This document shows, one piece after another, positions 39,573 through 49,699 of a stretch of DNA of 64,000 nucleotides. The stretch comes from an uncultured cyanobacterium. GTDB lineage: Bacteria > Cyanobacteriota > Cyanobacteriia > Cyanobacteriales > CAWCAG01. The notes under the pieces were generated by a model. It was not told the origin of the DNA. It saw nothing but the letters and a program-made list of their open reading frames with translations, and ran no database searches. Each line of letters opens with the position of its first letter. The stretch's first letter is position 1. The DNA is taken from NCBI GenBank assembly GCA_963803805.1, contig CAWDOD010000002.1, positions 544,001 to 608,000 of the forward strand, read 5' to 3'. A program made the translations under genes and the position numbers.

Positions 39573-40667
39573 ATGATGATTCGGGAAATACGCATTGATA
39601 ACTACAAATCTATCAAGCAGCTTAAACTTAATTTAGGTAGAGTTACTGTTTTAATTGGTGAGAATGGTTGTGGCAAAACCAATATTTTAGAGAGTATTGC
39701 CTTAGCTGCCGCTGCCGCTAGTGATAGGTTAGATAATGAGTTTTTAGTCTCTAGAGGTATCCGCGTTGCCGAACCAACATTAATGCGTTCTGCTTTTGAA
39801 GTAGCACAAGCAACTCAAAATATTAAAATCTCCCTTTCTGGGGATAACAAATTAGAATTTAGCTGTTCTCTACAAAATGATAATAAGCCCTACTCCCCTT
39901 GGGTTAATCGTGAATCAAAAAGCTTGCATGATACAGTTTCTCTATTGAATTTTTTAGACCAAAAATACCATAACTTAGGAGGGAGTACCGAAGAATATAA
40001 AAGCATTTTAAGAAGGTTTCTCCAAAAGCAGCAGATGTTAGATAAATTAGCTAACTTACAAAAGTTTGTTGTTTATTCTCCTCAAAAACAAGAGCTACGT
40101 ACTTTTGAAAAAGAGGAGCAAATTCAACCTCTAGGAGTACATGGGGAAGGATTATTTAAACTGCTAACTATTTTAAATTCTCACTCCAATCAAACTAAAA
40201 TAGTTGAAATTAAAGAAAAGCTAAAGTTAATACCTTGGTTTGAGGATTTTATCATTCCGGCTAACCTCTCCCCCCAAGAAAGAAAGATTGCGATTAAAGA
40301 TAAATTTCTCAATGCGAGTTTAGCGTACTTCGACCAAAAAAGTACTAACGAGGGCTTTCTCTTTCTGCTTTTTTACTTTACCTTGTTTGTTAGTCAAGAA
40401 ACTCCTTCATTTTTTGCTATTGATAATATTGATGCTGCCTTACATCCCAAACTATGTAGTCAGTTGATTAAAGAAGTAGTACAATTAGCAATCAAATATA
40501 ATAAACAGGTAATCTTTACTGCTCATAACCCAGCGATTTTAAGCGGCTTGCAGCTTGATAACGATGAGCAGAAAATTGTTGTTGTTTACCGCAACAATTC
40601 TGGGCATACCCAAACTAAACGTATCTTGAAGCCAAAAACTAGTGAAGCAAAAAAGAAGGTTAGTTGA
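39573..40667 (+). CDS. ABC/AAA_21-type ATPase
   Basis: IDNYKSI, Walker A GENGCGKTN, degenerate signature STNEG, Walker B FFAIDNID, H-loop TAHNP. Confidence 0.85.
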   Translation: MMIREIRIDNYKSIKQLKLNLGRVTVLIGENGCGKTNILESIALAAAAASDRLDNEFLVSRGIRVAEPTLMRSAFEVAQATQNIKISLSGDNKLEFSCSLQNDNKPYSPWVNRESKSLHDTVSLLNFLDQKYHNLGGSTEEYKSILRRFLQKQQMLDKLANLQKFVVYSPQKQELRTFEKEEQIQPLGVHGEGLFKLLTILNSHSNQTKIVEIKEKLKLIPWFEDFIIPANLSPQERKIAIKDKFLNASLAYFDQKSTNEGFLFLLFYFTLFVSQETPSFFAIDNIDAALHPKLCSQLIKEVVQLAIKYNKQVIFTAHNPAILSGLQLDNDEQKIVVVYRNNSGHTQTKRILKPKTSEAKKKVS

Positions 40668-40708
40668 ATTGACAGTTTCTATAACTTTTAACTAAATAAA
40701 GCTGTATA

Positions 40709-40780
40709 AGCCCGTAATGAGACTTGAACTCATGACCTCACCCTTACCAAGGGTGTGCTCTACCACTGAGCTATACGGGC
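40709..40780 (-). tRNA. trnT: tRNA-Thr(GGT)
   Basis: GCCCGTATAGCTCAGTGGTAGAGCACACCCTT-GGT-AAGGGTGAGGTCATGAGTTCAAGTCTCATTACGGGCT cloverleaf. Confidence 0.97.
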
Positions 40781-40785
40781 AGTTG

Positions 40786-40870
40786 TGGTGGGCCGAGCTG
40801 GATTTGAACCAGCGTAGGCGTAGCCAGCGGATTTACAGTCCGCCCCCATTAACCACTCGGGCATCGACCC
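40786..40870 (-). tRNA. trnY: tRNA-Tyr(GTA) with encoded CCA
   Basis: GGGTCGATGCCCGAGTGGTTAATGGGGGCGGACT-GTA-AATCCGC...GGTTCAAATCCAGCTCGGCCCACCA; long variable arm; directly upstream of tRNA-Thr. Confidence 0.97.
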
Positions 40871-40939
40871 ATTTTGTTCCACGAATATTTAATATATCAT
40901 AAGTTGTCACTTCGTTAACAAGAAAATTTTCTTCTCTAT

Positions 40940-41731
40940 TCAACTTGTCTTAATACGGCGATATCTCGCTTGTACCCAAAGATAAATTCCGTAAGCAACT
41001 AAACCCAGAGCTACTAACAATAGGAGAATTTTACCAAAAGGTTGTTGAGCAATGGCTTGCAGAGTGCCATCAAGTCCTTTCACTTCGTTAGCATCGAATT
41101 GTTTAGCGGCACGAATGAGGAAACCGCCAATGATTAAAAATACCACACCTCTAGCGGCAATACCGAAACGACTAACATTAACTAGCCAAAATTCTTCGGT
41201 AGAACTTAACTCACTTAAATCAAGGCGTTTGCGAAACTTAACCTTGAAAGCACGATATAAGCGATAAACACCCAACCCAATGATAATTGCTCCTACCGTG
41301 CCAATCAACCAACGACCAAAAGGCTTTTGCATCACTATAGCTGTCCATTCTGCTTTAGACTTGCCATTGCTACCGCCTCCTCCTGCGCCTAAAGCAATGC
41401 GCCCAGCATCAAAAGCTAAAGCCCCATAAATCAAACCACTAATAAAATAGCCAATACGTTTGATGATATCTTTTGCTTGAGATTTTCCAGAGCTTTCCGG
41501 GTTTTCAATTGCTTCTATAAACCGCCAAAGAGCGTAACCAAATAAACCCACCGCAACCACAATTAATAGAATCTTACCAAAGGGTTGAGCGGCAATGGTA
41601 CGAATAGCACCTTTGGAGTCAGTAGTTTTGCCTCCCGAAGAGAGGGCAGCTTGTACTGCTAAGATACCAATTAAGCTATAAACACCTCCTTTCACTATAT
41701 AACCAAGCCTAGCTAGCTTTTCTACCCACAT
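40940..41731 (-). CDS. DUF1206 repeat membrane protein
   Basis: ARLGY..KG.VY; three repeats containing QPFG/KPFG..LL; RFGIAARG. Confidence 0.88.
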   Translation of the reverse strand: MWVEKLARLGYIVKGGVYSLIGILAVQAALSSGGKTTDSKGAIRTIAAQPFGKILLIVVAVGLFGYALWRFIEAIENPESSGKSQAKDIIKRIGYFISGLIYGALAFDAGRIALGAGGGGSNGKSKAEWTAIVMQKPFGRWLIGTVGAIIIGLGVYRLYRAFKVKFRKRLDLSELSSTEEFWLVNVSRFGIAARGVVFLIIGGFLIRAAKQFDANEVKGLDGTLQAIAQQPFGKILLLLVALGLVAYGIYLWVQARYRRIKTS

Positions 41732-41742
41732 TTACTTCACCT

Positions 41743-42471
41743 TCACTTAGTACAACGATTAAACATAGTCTGATATTTCTCCTGGAGTTGAGGATTATCT
41801 AATACTATTTCTACTTTAATGCTGGCGCAACCATGAGGGGTTTGCATTGCGATAGTTTCTAACAAATCACTTGCTGCTTGAGGAGAAAGAAACTTACCTT
41901 CTACTGTGGCAACTGAGGCTATTTCTCCAGTAACTTCTCCTTGGGATAAATCTATTTGGGCTAGTTTTTTATAGCTTGGTTCAACTTGCTCAACAATTAA
42001 TTTTTCCCAACGTACTGGCACTTCCACCATACGAGTACCAACTTCTTTACGCATAACAACTTCGCCAACTTTATGCTTAGTACGTTCGACAACTAATCTT
42101 TCTTCTAACAAGCGAATAATTGCTTCATCAACAACTTCTTTTGCCTCCCCATTAACTTCTTCTGTGCTATCACTATTAAGTTGGTAAGGCTCTAGTTGAG
42201 GATTAGTTTCTATTAAAAGAGATTCACTAGCAAGTTGAATCTTTTTTACGTATTTGCTATTTAAAATACATAGATTATCTTCGTTAGTTTGTTGATCGTG
42301 AAACTGGGAAATAACTAAATTTAAACTCCCCTTACCATTCCTTTCCACATCTCGTACTTTACCGACGATATTGCCTTCAGTATCTTTGAGGTCGAAGTCT
42401 TTAAGCAATCCTTTTAATTTAACTAAAGTTTTATCCTTAGCAGTGCTTAAGAGATGATTTTGACTATCCAT
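41743..42471 (-). CDS. PRC-barrel + YsnF/AvaK (DUF2382) protein
   Basis: G..VGKVRDV; IRLLEERLVV...VGEVVMRKEV.T.MVEVPVR.EKL. Confidence 0.8.
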   Translation of the reverse strand: MDSQNHLLSTAKDKTLVKLKGLLKDFDLKDTEGNIVGKVRDVERNGKGSLNLVISQFHDQQTNEDNLCILNSKYVKKIQLASESLLIETNPQLEPYQLNSDSTEEVNGEAKEVVDEAIIRLLEERLVVERTKHKVGEVVMRKEVGTRMVEVPVRWEKLIVEQVEPSYKKLAQIDLSQGEVTGEIASVATVEGKFLSPQAASDLLETIAMQTPHGCASIKVEIVLDNPQLQEKYQTMFNRCTK

Positions 42472-42505
42472 ATTTAGTTTAAGTAATTTTATTTAGATCC
42501 TGAAA

Positions 42506-42547
42506 AGTACAGGTTGAGCATTTTTAAAGTAATGCTTAACCTGTACT
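42506..42547. terminator. Intergenic stem-loop (terminator or stabiliser)
   Basis: AGTACAGGTTGAGCATT ... AATGCTTAACCTGTACT. Confidence 0.55.
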
Positions 42548-42585
42548 CAATAAACCTTATTTACAATGAGGTCAAAGCCAAGGTT

Positions 42586-43410
42586 TTATTTATTAACAAT
42601 TGGCTTACCATCAACATCTACATCTAACTCTTCCCGTCGAAGAGTTTCTTCTGCTGTGACAGTTTCGCGGTCGACTTCTTTTCTAACGCTTACTTCTTCT
42701 CTGACCACAGCTTCTTTACCAATCTTAGCCTTCTCTTCATACACTTCCATGCGGGCTACTTCTCCTGCTTTGAAGTTCGCTTCTCCGGGAGTTACAGCCC
42801 TTTGGTTAGTAGGTGTTGTACGTTCAATCACCACCCGCTCGTTTTCTACAGGAACTGAAGCTGTTGCTGTCTCAGTTTCTACTCTTTTACCAACAGCAAC
42901 TTCACCAGCCTTTTGTCTAGTTTTATCAGCTAATAATCTCTCTTCATAAAGTTTAATACTACCGTGATTTTCTGGAGTAGTATTATATAGTTCTTCATCA
43001 CGCTCATAACTATAATTATCACGGTCAAAAGTAGTGCTACGGCTTTTCGGAGAACGATAGACGTTTCTTACTCTTTCTTCATAATCTGCATCGACTACCA
43101 TATCATCATCATAAGTTGGTAAAGACTCTGCTTGATCTTTATTAGTTAGCCCTAAAGCATAGAGCTTATTACTATCATAATCGAAGCGGGCTTGACCAAC
43201 TGGCAATAATACTTTCTTACCAAAAATCCAAAATCCAGTATCAACAACTATGTAACGGAAGTTGCCAGATTCATCTACTAAAGCATCGTGAATTGTACCG
43301 AGCTTATCATTAGTTGTACCAGCATAAACATCGTATCCTTTAATATCTCTTCCAGCAAAGATATCTTTCTTATAATTAGGATAAAAATCTGCTAACTTTC
43401 TAAGAGCCAT
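42586..43410 (-). CDS. PRC-barrel + DUF2382 (AvaK-like) protein
   Basis: RYIVVDTGFWIFGKKVLLPVG; KLYEERLLADK; VVREEVSVRKEV; LRREELDVD. Confidence 0.9.
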   Translation of the reverse strand: MALRKLADFYPNYKKDIFAGRDIKGYDVYAGTTNDKLGTIHDALVDESGNFRYIVVDTGFWIFGKKVLLPVGQARFDYDSNKLYALGLTNKDQAESLPTYDDDMVVDADYEERVRNVYRSPKSRSTTFDRDNYSYERDEELYNTTPENHGSIKLYEERLLADKTRQKAGEVAVGKRVETETATASVPVENERVVIERTTPTNQRAVTPGEANFKAGEVARMEVYEEKAKIGKEAVVREEVSVRKEVDRETVTAEETLRREELDVDVDGKPIVNK

Positions 43411-43824
43411 TTCTTTAATTCTTCTTCTCTAGCTACACCATACACATTAGCGAAATTAAGTTTTTTATTTGTCCATCTAACGAAATATCCATGTTAAATA
43501 AGTAACTACTTCTTTAGGAGCAAAAACTTTCAGGTATCTACTTAATACAGTTGCGTTCTAAGATACTCAAAACAAAGTAAAAAATTAGCTATAATAGAAC
43601 AATTTGAGACTTAATAGGTAGAAAAAAAATAGTACTTTAACACATAAGTCGTAGATAGATTCGTTGTTACCACTAGTAATTACTTCTTTTGATACAGTAG
43701 GAAGACTTGTTCTGAGATAGAGGGAAGATAAGCCTCAACCTAGCATAATTAAAACTAGGGGCATTGCTGGTTTTGATTCAGCAATGCCAAATTCAGCTAA
43801 TTTTAGCAACAAGGAAAATAAACT

Positions 43825-44501
43825 ATGAATACTCGAACCCCTAACAATAATGACTACAAACGCGCCGTGGGCGTATTTAACACCCGTGCAGAAACAGAAA
43901 GAGCGCTTCACGCCCTCAAAGATGCGGGATTTGATATGAATCGAGTTTCTGTGATCGTAAAAGACTCAGAATCAGGAGATCGCATTGCTGGGGCTGATGT
44001 TCATGAAAAAGCAGTTGGTAACAAAGCAGACGAAGGAGCCACTGCCGGGGCTTTAACTGGGGGTGCTTTGGGAACAGCGGCTGGTTTACTTGTTGGTTTA
44101 GGGGCTTTGACTATACCTCTGGTTGGCCCATTCTCTTAGCCGGTGCAGAAGCTACAGCTATCGCCACAACCTTGGCTGGAACAGCTATTGGTGCTGCGGC
44201 TGGAGGTTTGCTAGGAGGATTAATTGGTTTAGGCATCCCTGAAGAAAGAGCAAAAGTTTATAACGATCGCGTATCCCAAGGTCATTATCTAGTCATGGTT
44301 AGCGGTTCTTTAGCATCGGTACGCCTAGCGGAGAAAACCTTAAGCGACGGCGGTATCCAAGAGTGGGGTGTATATGATGCACCGGATTTAGCTGGAAAAG
44401 AAACTACTACTACTACAACCACTGCTAACACTGTTGCTTCCACTGATACCGATCCTGAAGTGGTAATTGTGGATCGCAGAGATCAAACTTCCCCACGCTA
44501 A
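43825..44501 (+). CDS. General stress protein (YflT/17M-like), frameshifted near 44128
   Basis: RAVGVF...AERAL..LKDAGF; glycine zipper GA.AGALTGGALG; one added C joins GP|ILLAGAEATAIATTLAG to GLGIPEERAKVY. Confidence 0.85.
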
Positions 44502-44542
44502 GTTAGCAAACACTTATATTTAATTGAAAGGGATTACAAACT

Positions 44543-44995
44543 ATGCAAAAATTAACCTTGCTTTTACTCAGCAGCTTATTGATGTTAGGAGGAGTTGCTT
44601 GTACTAATGCTAAGACCAGTGCTGACGCTCCTGATACAGTAACAGAAGAGGCAGAAGATCCTCAAGATGTTGAAGAAACTAAAGAAGACGCAGCAAGCGA
44701 AATTCGACAAGATCAGCTTAATGCAGATATCAAAGCTAGGGAAGAAAGAAACAACTTAGCTGGAGACGAATTGGAAAGGGCTGACTCTGACCTTGAGAGC
44801 GAAGTCCGCGCTAAATTAGAAGCAAATGTTCCTGGAGGCAAACTAACTGTCGCAGCAGAGGAAGGGGCAGTTACCGTTGCAGGAACAGTTCCTGATCAAA
44901 AAGAAGCTGAAACCATTGAATCTTTAGCTAAAGAAATTAAAGGTGTCAAAACTGTAACCGTTGATGTTGATGTTGTTCCTCCAGCAGAAGAATAA
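44543..44995 (+). CDS. BON-domain lipoprotein
   Basis: Lipobox GVAC; RRDQL.ADI.ARE.RN-like segment; BON motifs VTVAGTV and AKEIKGVKTV. Confidence 0.85.
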   Translation: MQKLTLLLLSSLLMLGGVACTNAKTSADAPDTVTEEAEDPQDVEETKEDAASEIRQDQLNADIKAREERNNLAGDELERADSDLESEVRAKLEANVPGGKLTVAAEEGAVTVAGTVPDQKEAETIESLAKEIKGVKTVTVDVDVVPPAEE

Positions 44996-45021
44996 CTTAA
45001 AGCGAAACAAAATATGTTGGG

Positions 45022-45057
45022 GGAGGGATACAAACAGTTTGTATCCCTCCTTTATTT
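45022..45057 (+). terminator. Rho-independent terminator
   Basis: GGAGGGATACAAAC-A-GTTTGTATCCCTCC followed by TTTATTT. Confidence 0.8.
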
Positions 45058-45193
45058 GCTCTATTTTTGATTGATTTAATAATATGTAGTTTAGGTAAAA
45101 AAATACTATTATTAATCACAAATATTCAATCTTTAATGATAAATGGTATAAAGTAACTGCTGATTTAACATTGCAAAGGAACACAATTCTATT

Positions 45194-45677
45194 ATGATCG
45201 GGATCATCTTTTTTATGCCTCGCTTTCATCTTTAGTAGCTTCGTGGAATATTGGCTGCATCGCCTCATGCACGTTTCCCCAAGGGTAGGTAGCCGCCATA
45301 GAGATCATCATCGTCGTAATGAAGGACAGGGGGTTCTATGGGAATTCCGGGACTATATTCGGGGTGGCATTTTTGTAATGTGTTTGATGTTCTTAATCTC
45401 TTTACCAGCAGGCATTGGTTGGTTTTTAGGAGGGTTAGTATACGCTGCTTTTTCCGCCTATGCCCATCAGCTACAACACGAAAATCCCACTAAATGTTTC
45501 TGGATGAAAATGCCTGTTCATTACGTTCATCACAAATACGGTATGTGGCATCACAACTTTGGTTTAGCTGTAGATTGGTGGGACCATATCTTCGGTACTT
45601 ATAAACCTGTAGAATGGTTAACGGAGCAAGAAGAAGCCTTGCAAGAACTAAATTATTGGCAGTTACGCTGGTGGTGA
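45194..45677 (+). CDS. Sterol desaturase / fatty acid hydroxylase family protein (apparent +1 indel near 45215)
   Basis: His boxes HRLMH, HRDHH, HYVHH; NFG...DWWDHIFGTY; ATG 45194 (MIGIIFF) is 49 nt before the ORF start, one base out of frame. Confidence 0.8.
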
Positions 45678-45768
45678 TATTCAAGTTACAAGTCACTTAT
45701 TCATTGGCGTAAGCTTATCTGCCTATCTCTAGCTTACCGGGATAAATTAATATTAAACAGGGAAAACC

Positions 45769-48700
45769 ATGCACCGTCTCGCCGCAACTCCAGGAGGTTG
45801 GAATCCCAATGATGAAGGGGTCATTTTTATCGAACAAACCCCTGCACCCATAGTTTTTCTCACTGCTGCTGATACAGATATTCAAACCCTTGCTGCTGTA
45901 GTGTCTCACTTACCAGAAGACTTTCCAAGCATACGGGTTGCCAACTTGCTGCAACTGCAACAGCAACTTACCATTGATACTTATGGGGAAGATATTTTAT
46001 CACCAGCAAAAATTATTATCCTGCGTTTGTTGGGGGGAAGAGGCTATTGGCCCTATGGCTTGGAGGTTGTTAAAGAGATTATTGCAGAAACAGGGTGTGC
46101 TTTATTCGTTATACCAGGGGACGAACGTCCTGACCCTAGCTTAATTAGCCATTCTACGGTGTCTCTAGCTGCGGTTAACCAGTTGTGGCGCTATTTAACG
46201 GAAGGGGGAGTAGCCAACTTTGCCCATGCTTTGCAATTTGCTGCTGATACTTGTTTGGGTACAGGTTATGCCCCTTCCCCCCCTCAAAGAGTTCCTCGTT
46301 TAGGAGTTTATAAACACAAACACAATTCCAACAATGACTCTGCTAAGGTTGGTATTCTCTTTTACCGCGCCCATTATTTAGCAGGAAATACTGCCCCCAT
46401 TGATGCTCTTTGTGAAGCTTTAAGGGAGCGTAATTTAATTCCTCTGCCGATGTTCATTTCTTCAGTGAGTGAGCCAGAAATTCAAGCCGAGTTATTAAAC
46501 TATTTTCAAGATCAAGTTCAACTAATTCTTAATACCGCCAGCTTTTCTATTGCCAAACTTAATGAATCAGAAAAAAATACCTTTTGGCAACGGTTAAATG
46601 TTCCAGTTTTACAAGTCATTTTAAGTGGGGGTACTAAAGAAAAATGGGCAGCAAGTTGGCAAGGTTTAACTCCGAGGGATGTTGCCATGAATGTAGCTTT
46701 GCCGGAGGTGGATGGTAAAATCATTACCCGTGCTATCTCTTTTAAATCAGTCCAAACTTGGAATAAAAAGTTAGAAACTGATGTAGTTATTTATGAACCA
46801 GTTAAGGACAGGGTTGATTTTGTTGCTGATTTAGCTAGTAATTGGTTGAAGTTGAAGCAAACTCCTATAACAGAAAGAAAGATTGCTTTAATCTTAGCTA
46901 ATTATCCCAATAAAGATGGTCGCCTCGCCAATGGAGTGGGGCTAGATACTCCTGCTAGTTGTATAGAAATTCTCCAAGCTTTACAACAAGCAGGTTATCA
47001 AGTTACCGATATTCCTACCAATGGAGATGAATTAATTTCTCGCCTAACTTATGGAGTTACTAATGACCCAGAAGGGAAAGAGTTACGTCCCTGCCTACAA
47101 AGTTTATCTCAAGAAGAGTATCAACAGTACTTTGAAAATTTACCACAAAAAGTACAAACCGAAATCAGCGATCGCTTGCCAAATATCCCTCAATCCAACA
47201 TATCCATTCCTGGCATTCAATTAGGTAATATTTTTCTTGGTATTCAACCCTCAAGGGGCTATGATCTTGATCCGAGTTTAAATTATCACGCTCCCGATTT
47301 AGAACCAACCCCTGAATATTTAGCTTACTATTATTGGTTGAAAAAGAACTTCGGTGCTTTAGCTATTATTCATATTGGTAAGCATGGCAACTTAGAATGG
47401 TTGCCCGGTAAAAGTGTTTCTTTATCTGCTACTTGTTATCCAGAAATAACATTAGGAGCAATGCCTCACTTTTATCCTTTTATTGTTAATGATCCTGGGG
47501 AAGGTTCCCAAGCCAAGCGTCGTTCTCAAGGGGTAATTGTTGACCATTTAACTCCCCCTATGACTCGTGCTGAACTTTATGGTAACTTACACAAAATAGA
47601 AGCTTTAGTAGATGAGTATTATGAAGCCCAAACCTTAGATCCTTCCCGCTTAAAAATAATTAGTGATCGCCTTACTAAACTTATTATTCAAGAAAATCTG
47701 TCTCAAGATTTAGGCTTAACCGAAGCAGAAATAAATAACTCCTCAGAACTCACTACCAGTATCGATGGCTATTTATGCGAACTAAAAGAGGCGCAAATTA
47801 AGGATGGCTTACATATTTTAGGTGAATGTCCCCAAGGAAGACAATTAAGAGATTTAATCGTAGCGATCGCCCGTTCTCCAGATCAAGATAGAATTGGTTT
47901 AACCTGCGCTCTTGCTGAAGATTTAGGTTGGAATTTTAACCCTTTAACTGCAAATCCTACAGACAGTTTTTCGGGCAAAAAGTTTCATAATTTAGGGGAT
48001 GCTATTGAATTTATAGAAGAAAAAGCAGCGAGTTTAGTAGAAGCAATTATTTCTGCATCCCCTCGTAATAAATATCAATCTCCAAACCTCAACAAAGAAA
48101 TTAATTGGATAGAAAAATATCTTTTACCAAAATTACAACAAACTCCCCAAGAAATAACCAACTTGTTGAGAGGATTAGAAGGGAAATATCTAGCAAGTGG
48201 TGCTGCTGGCGCACCAACTAGAGGTAGAGCAGACGTATTACCCACTGGGCGCAACTTCTACTCCGTAGATATCCGCGCTATCCCCACAGAAACAGCCTGG
48301 AATGTCGGCAGGAAAGCCGCAGAAGCTGTTGTTGAACGCTATACCCAAGAAAACGGCGAATATCCCCAAACCTTAGCCATTTCTGTCTGGGGAACCTCTA
48401 CCATGCGTACTGGAGGAGATGACATTGCTGAAGCCTTAGCTTTGTTGGGAGTGCAACCTGTTTGGGATGGCGCGTCTCGGCGAGTTGTAGACTTTGAAAT
48501 CTTACCCGTATCTGGGTTGGGAAGGCCCCGTGTTGATGTTACTCTACGCATCTCAGGGTTTTTTCGCGATGGCTTCCCCAATCTAATAGATTTATTTTAC
48601 AATGCCGTGAACGTAGTAGCAAGTCTTGATGAATCTCCCGAAGACAATCCCTTAGCTGCCAAAGTCAAACAGGAAGAGGATTTGTGGGAACAAGCAGGAG

Positions 48701-49458
48701 TAAAAAAAGAACAAGCTGAGGAGCGATCGCGCCACCGCATATTTGGTTCTAAACCTGGCGCTTATGGGGCGGGGTTGCAGGGCTTAATTGAAGGGCAAAA
48801 CTGGACAAGTGATGAAGATTTAGCCCGTGCCTATATTAACTGGAGTTCTTATGCCTATGGAACCGGTGGCAAGGGAAAAGCTGCACCAGAAGCTTTCGCT
48901 AAGCGCCTAGAACAAATGCAAATTGTCCTCCACAACCAAGACAATCGTGAACATGACATCCTCGACTCTGATGATTACTATCAGTTTCAAGGGGGCTTAA
49001 CCGCAGCAGTCAGGGCAGTTACAGGGAAAAATCCCCAAACCTACTTTGGTGACAACTCCCTCCCCAGCAACCCTAAAGTACGACAGTTAACGGAAGAAAT
49101 CGCTAGGGTTTATCGTTCCCGCGTTGTTAATCCTAAATGGATTGCTGGGGTAATGCGCCACGGTTATAAAGGGGCTTTTGAAATGGCAGCCACGGTAGAT
49201 TATTTATTTGCCTACGATGCCACCGCTAGATGTGTGGCAGATTATATGTATCAAGGGGTTGCAGAGGCATACATCTTTGACGAACAAGTACAAAAGTTTA
49301 TTCAGGACAAAAATCCTTGGGCTTTAAGAGATATGGCAGAAAGGCTTTTGGAAGCCCAACAACGAGGTTTGTGGCAAGAAGTTAGTGAAGAGACTGTAAG
49401 TAAGTTAAAGGGGATTGTCAATCAAGCAGAGGGGGAAATTGAAACTGGTAATGGCTAG
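45769..49458 (+). CDS. cobN: Cobaltochelatase subunit CobN
   Basis: MHRLAATPGGW, VALPEVDG, GVGLDTP, HIGKHGNLEWLPGK, LPTGRNFY, HNQDNREHD. Confidence 0.96.
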   Translation: MHRLAATPGGWNPNDEGVIFIEQTPAPIVFLTAADTDIQTLAAVVSHLPEDFPSIRVANLLQLQQQLTIDTYGEDILSPAKIIILRLLGGRGYWPYGLEVVKEIIAETGCALFVIPGDERPDPSLISHSTVSLAAVNQLWRYLTEGGVANFAHALQFAADTCLGTGYAPSPPQRVPRLGVYKHKHNSNNDSAKVGILFYRAHYLAGNTAPIDALCEALRERNLIPLPMFISSVSEPEIQAELLNYFQDQVQLILNTASFSIAKLNESEKNTFWQRLNVPVLQVILSGGTKEKWAASWQGLTPRDVAMNVALPEVDGKIITRAISFKSVQTWNKKLETDVVIYEPVKDRVDFVADLASNWLKLKQTPITERKIALILANYPNKDGRLANGVGLDTPASCIEILQALQQAGYQVTDIPTNGDELISRLTYGVTNDPEGKELRPCLQSLSQEEYQQYFENLPQKVQTEISDRLPNIPQSNISIPGIQLGNIFLGIQPSRGYDLDPSLNYHAPDLEPTPEYLAYYYWLKKNFGALAIIHIGKHGNLEWLPGKSVSLSATCYPEITLGAMPHFYPFIVNDPGEGSQAKRRSQGVIVDHLTPPMTRAELYGNLHKIEALVDEYYEAQTLDPSRLKIISDRLTKLIIQENLSQDLGLTEAEINNSSELTTSIDGYLCELKEAQIKDGLHILGECPQGRQLRDLIVAIARSPDQDRIGLTCALAEDLGWNFNPLTANPTDSFSGKKFHNLGDAIEFIEEKAASLVEAIISASPRNKYQSPNLNKEINWIEKYLLPKLQQTPQEITNLLRGLEGKYLASGAAGAPTRGRADVLPTGRNFYSVDIRAIPTETAWNVGRKAAEAVVERYTQENGEYPQTLAISVWGTSTMRTGGDDIAEALALLGVQPVWDGASRRVVDFEILPVSGLGRPRVDVTLRISGFFRDGFPNLIDLFYNAVNVVASLDESPEDNPLAAKVKQEEDLWEQAGVKKEQAEERSRHRIFGSKPGAYGAGLQGLIEGQNWTSDEDLARAYINWSSYAYGTGGKGKAAPEAFAKRLEQMQIVLHNQDNREHDILDSDDYYQFQGGLTAAVRAVTGKNPQTYFGDNSLPSNPKVRQLTEEIARVYRSRVVNPKWIAGVMRHGYKGAFEMAATVDYLFAYDATARCVADYMYQGVAEAYIFDEQVQKFIQDKNPWALRDMAERLLEAQQRGLWQEVSEETVSKLKGIVNQAEGEIETGNG

Positions 49459-49699
49459 TTGCTAACTACCACTGGTAACAAGTTAAACTATTATTCAATT
49501 TCTCAAATATCCTTATATGAAAAAGAGCAATGCTTGATAAGCTGTTATACTTTTAAATTGGTTTGTTAGAGTAGGAAATAGAGAATATTCACCAGTAAAG
49601 AGTTTGAGGAAGATTAGGCTATTTTATAAATACCAACTTTGTATGTGCCTTAGCTTGCTAGACAAATGTAATTCATAATTATCAACTATCAATTATTAA

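Noticed and set aside
40717-40902. 61-aa ORF
   Set aside because: Antisense to two tRNA genes
45678-45768. Cobalamin riboswitch upstream of cobN
   Set aside because: Only about 90 bp of intergenic space and no B12-box motifs seen
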